Assembly: GCF_006345805.1 (NCBI RefSeq)
Contig: NW_021832077.1
Coordinates: forward strand, 1-33,837
From: Octopus sinensis
Taxonomy: Eukaryota
Length of the DNA: 33,837 nt
Direction: 5' to 3'
Shown here piece after piece: positions 33,401 through 33,837 of the stretch. A program made the translations under genes and the position numbers. Each line of letters starts with the position of its first letter. The stretch's first letter is position 1. Below the pieces are notes generated by a model. The model worked only from the letters and a program-made list of their open reading frames with translations. It was not told the DNA's origin and made no database searches.

Positions 33401-33837
33401 CAACTATTCTTTTTTTGTGCAAAGATAATAGAAATAAATGTCACCAATTTACTGAAACGTATTGACTGATCTTTAAATTTATTTACGTGTTAAGCTGCAT
33501 AAAAAACAGGTATACACCGAATCATACACGCACATATATGAATATGTGTGTGCGTGTGTGTTTGTGTGTGAATGTGTATGTGTATATATATGTATGTATG
33601 TATATATGTATGTATGTATAATACACAAAAGGAATAAAACTGGAAATTCGATTGCAAAAAACATTTTTACATCATAAATTGCAACAGTTCACATGTGTTT
33701 CAGTCGTCCGCAGTTACATAAGACGGTTACATAATCACCCTGTATACCAGATCATCAGAAGACTGCTATAATTTACTCCAATGCTGGCTACCGATGTTAG
33801 TTAGTAGGCAGATACAAAGTGTGAACTGTGAATTGAA

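Noticed and set aside
33685-33770. CTGATGA…GAAAC on the minus strand
   Set aside because: The intervening 50 nt do not close a helix II and helix I pairing is weak.

Overview
Eukaryotic, AT-rich and dominated by microsatellites and transposable elements. The repeat landscape (tRNA-derived SINEs with internal microsatellites, RTE LINEs, very dense (TA)n/(CA)n/(TATC)n/(TAA)n) suggests an octopus or other coleoid cephalopod; this is inference, not a database match. No intact host gene is recognisable. The best host-coding candidate is a ~3.9 kb purine-rich array of 78-bp units (1681-5642) that reads as an acidic 26-aa repeat. It follows a possible splice acceptor and is broken by scattered 1-bp indels that look like long-read errors. 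The rest is TE-derived: two related Tx1/L1-like 3' ends joined to different microsatellites, an R4/Dong-like 3' end in (TAA)n, two RTE-clade RT fragments, a hAT MITE with a perfect 8-bp TSD and nested SINEs, a non-autonomous Helitron with canonical ends, a ~450-bp foldback element, a minimal hammerhead-ribozyme-like motif, three SINE families (my labels A, B, C) and a 34-bp minisatellite apparently derived from SINE-B. Most ORFs in the supplied track are microsatellite artefacts. All alignments and counts were done by eye, so boundaries are approximate unless a TSD or TIR fixes them.
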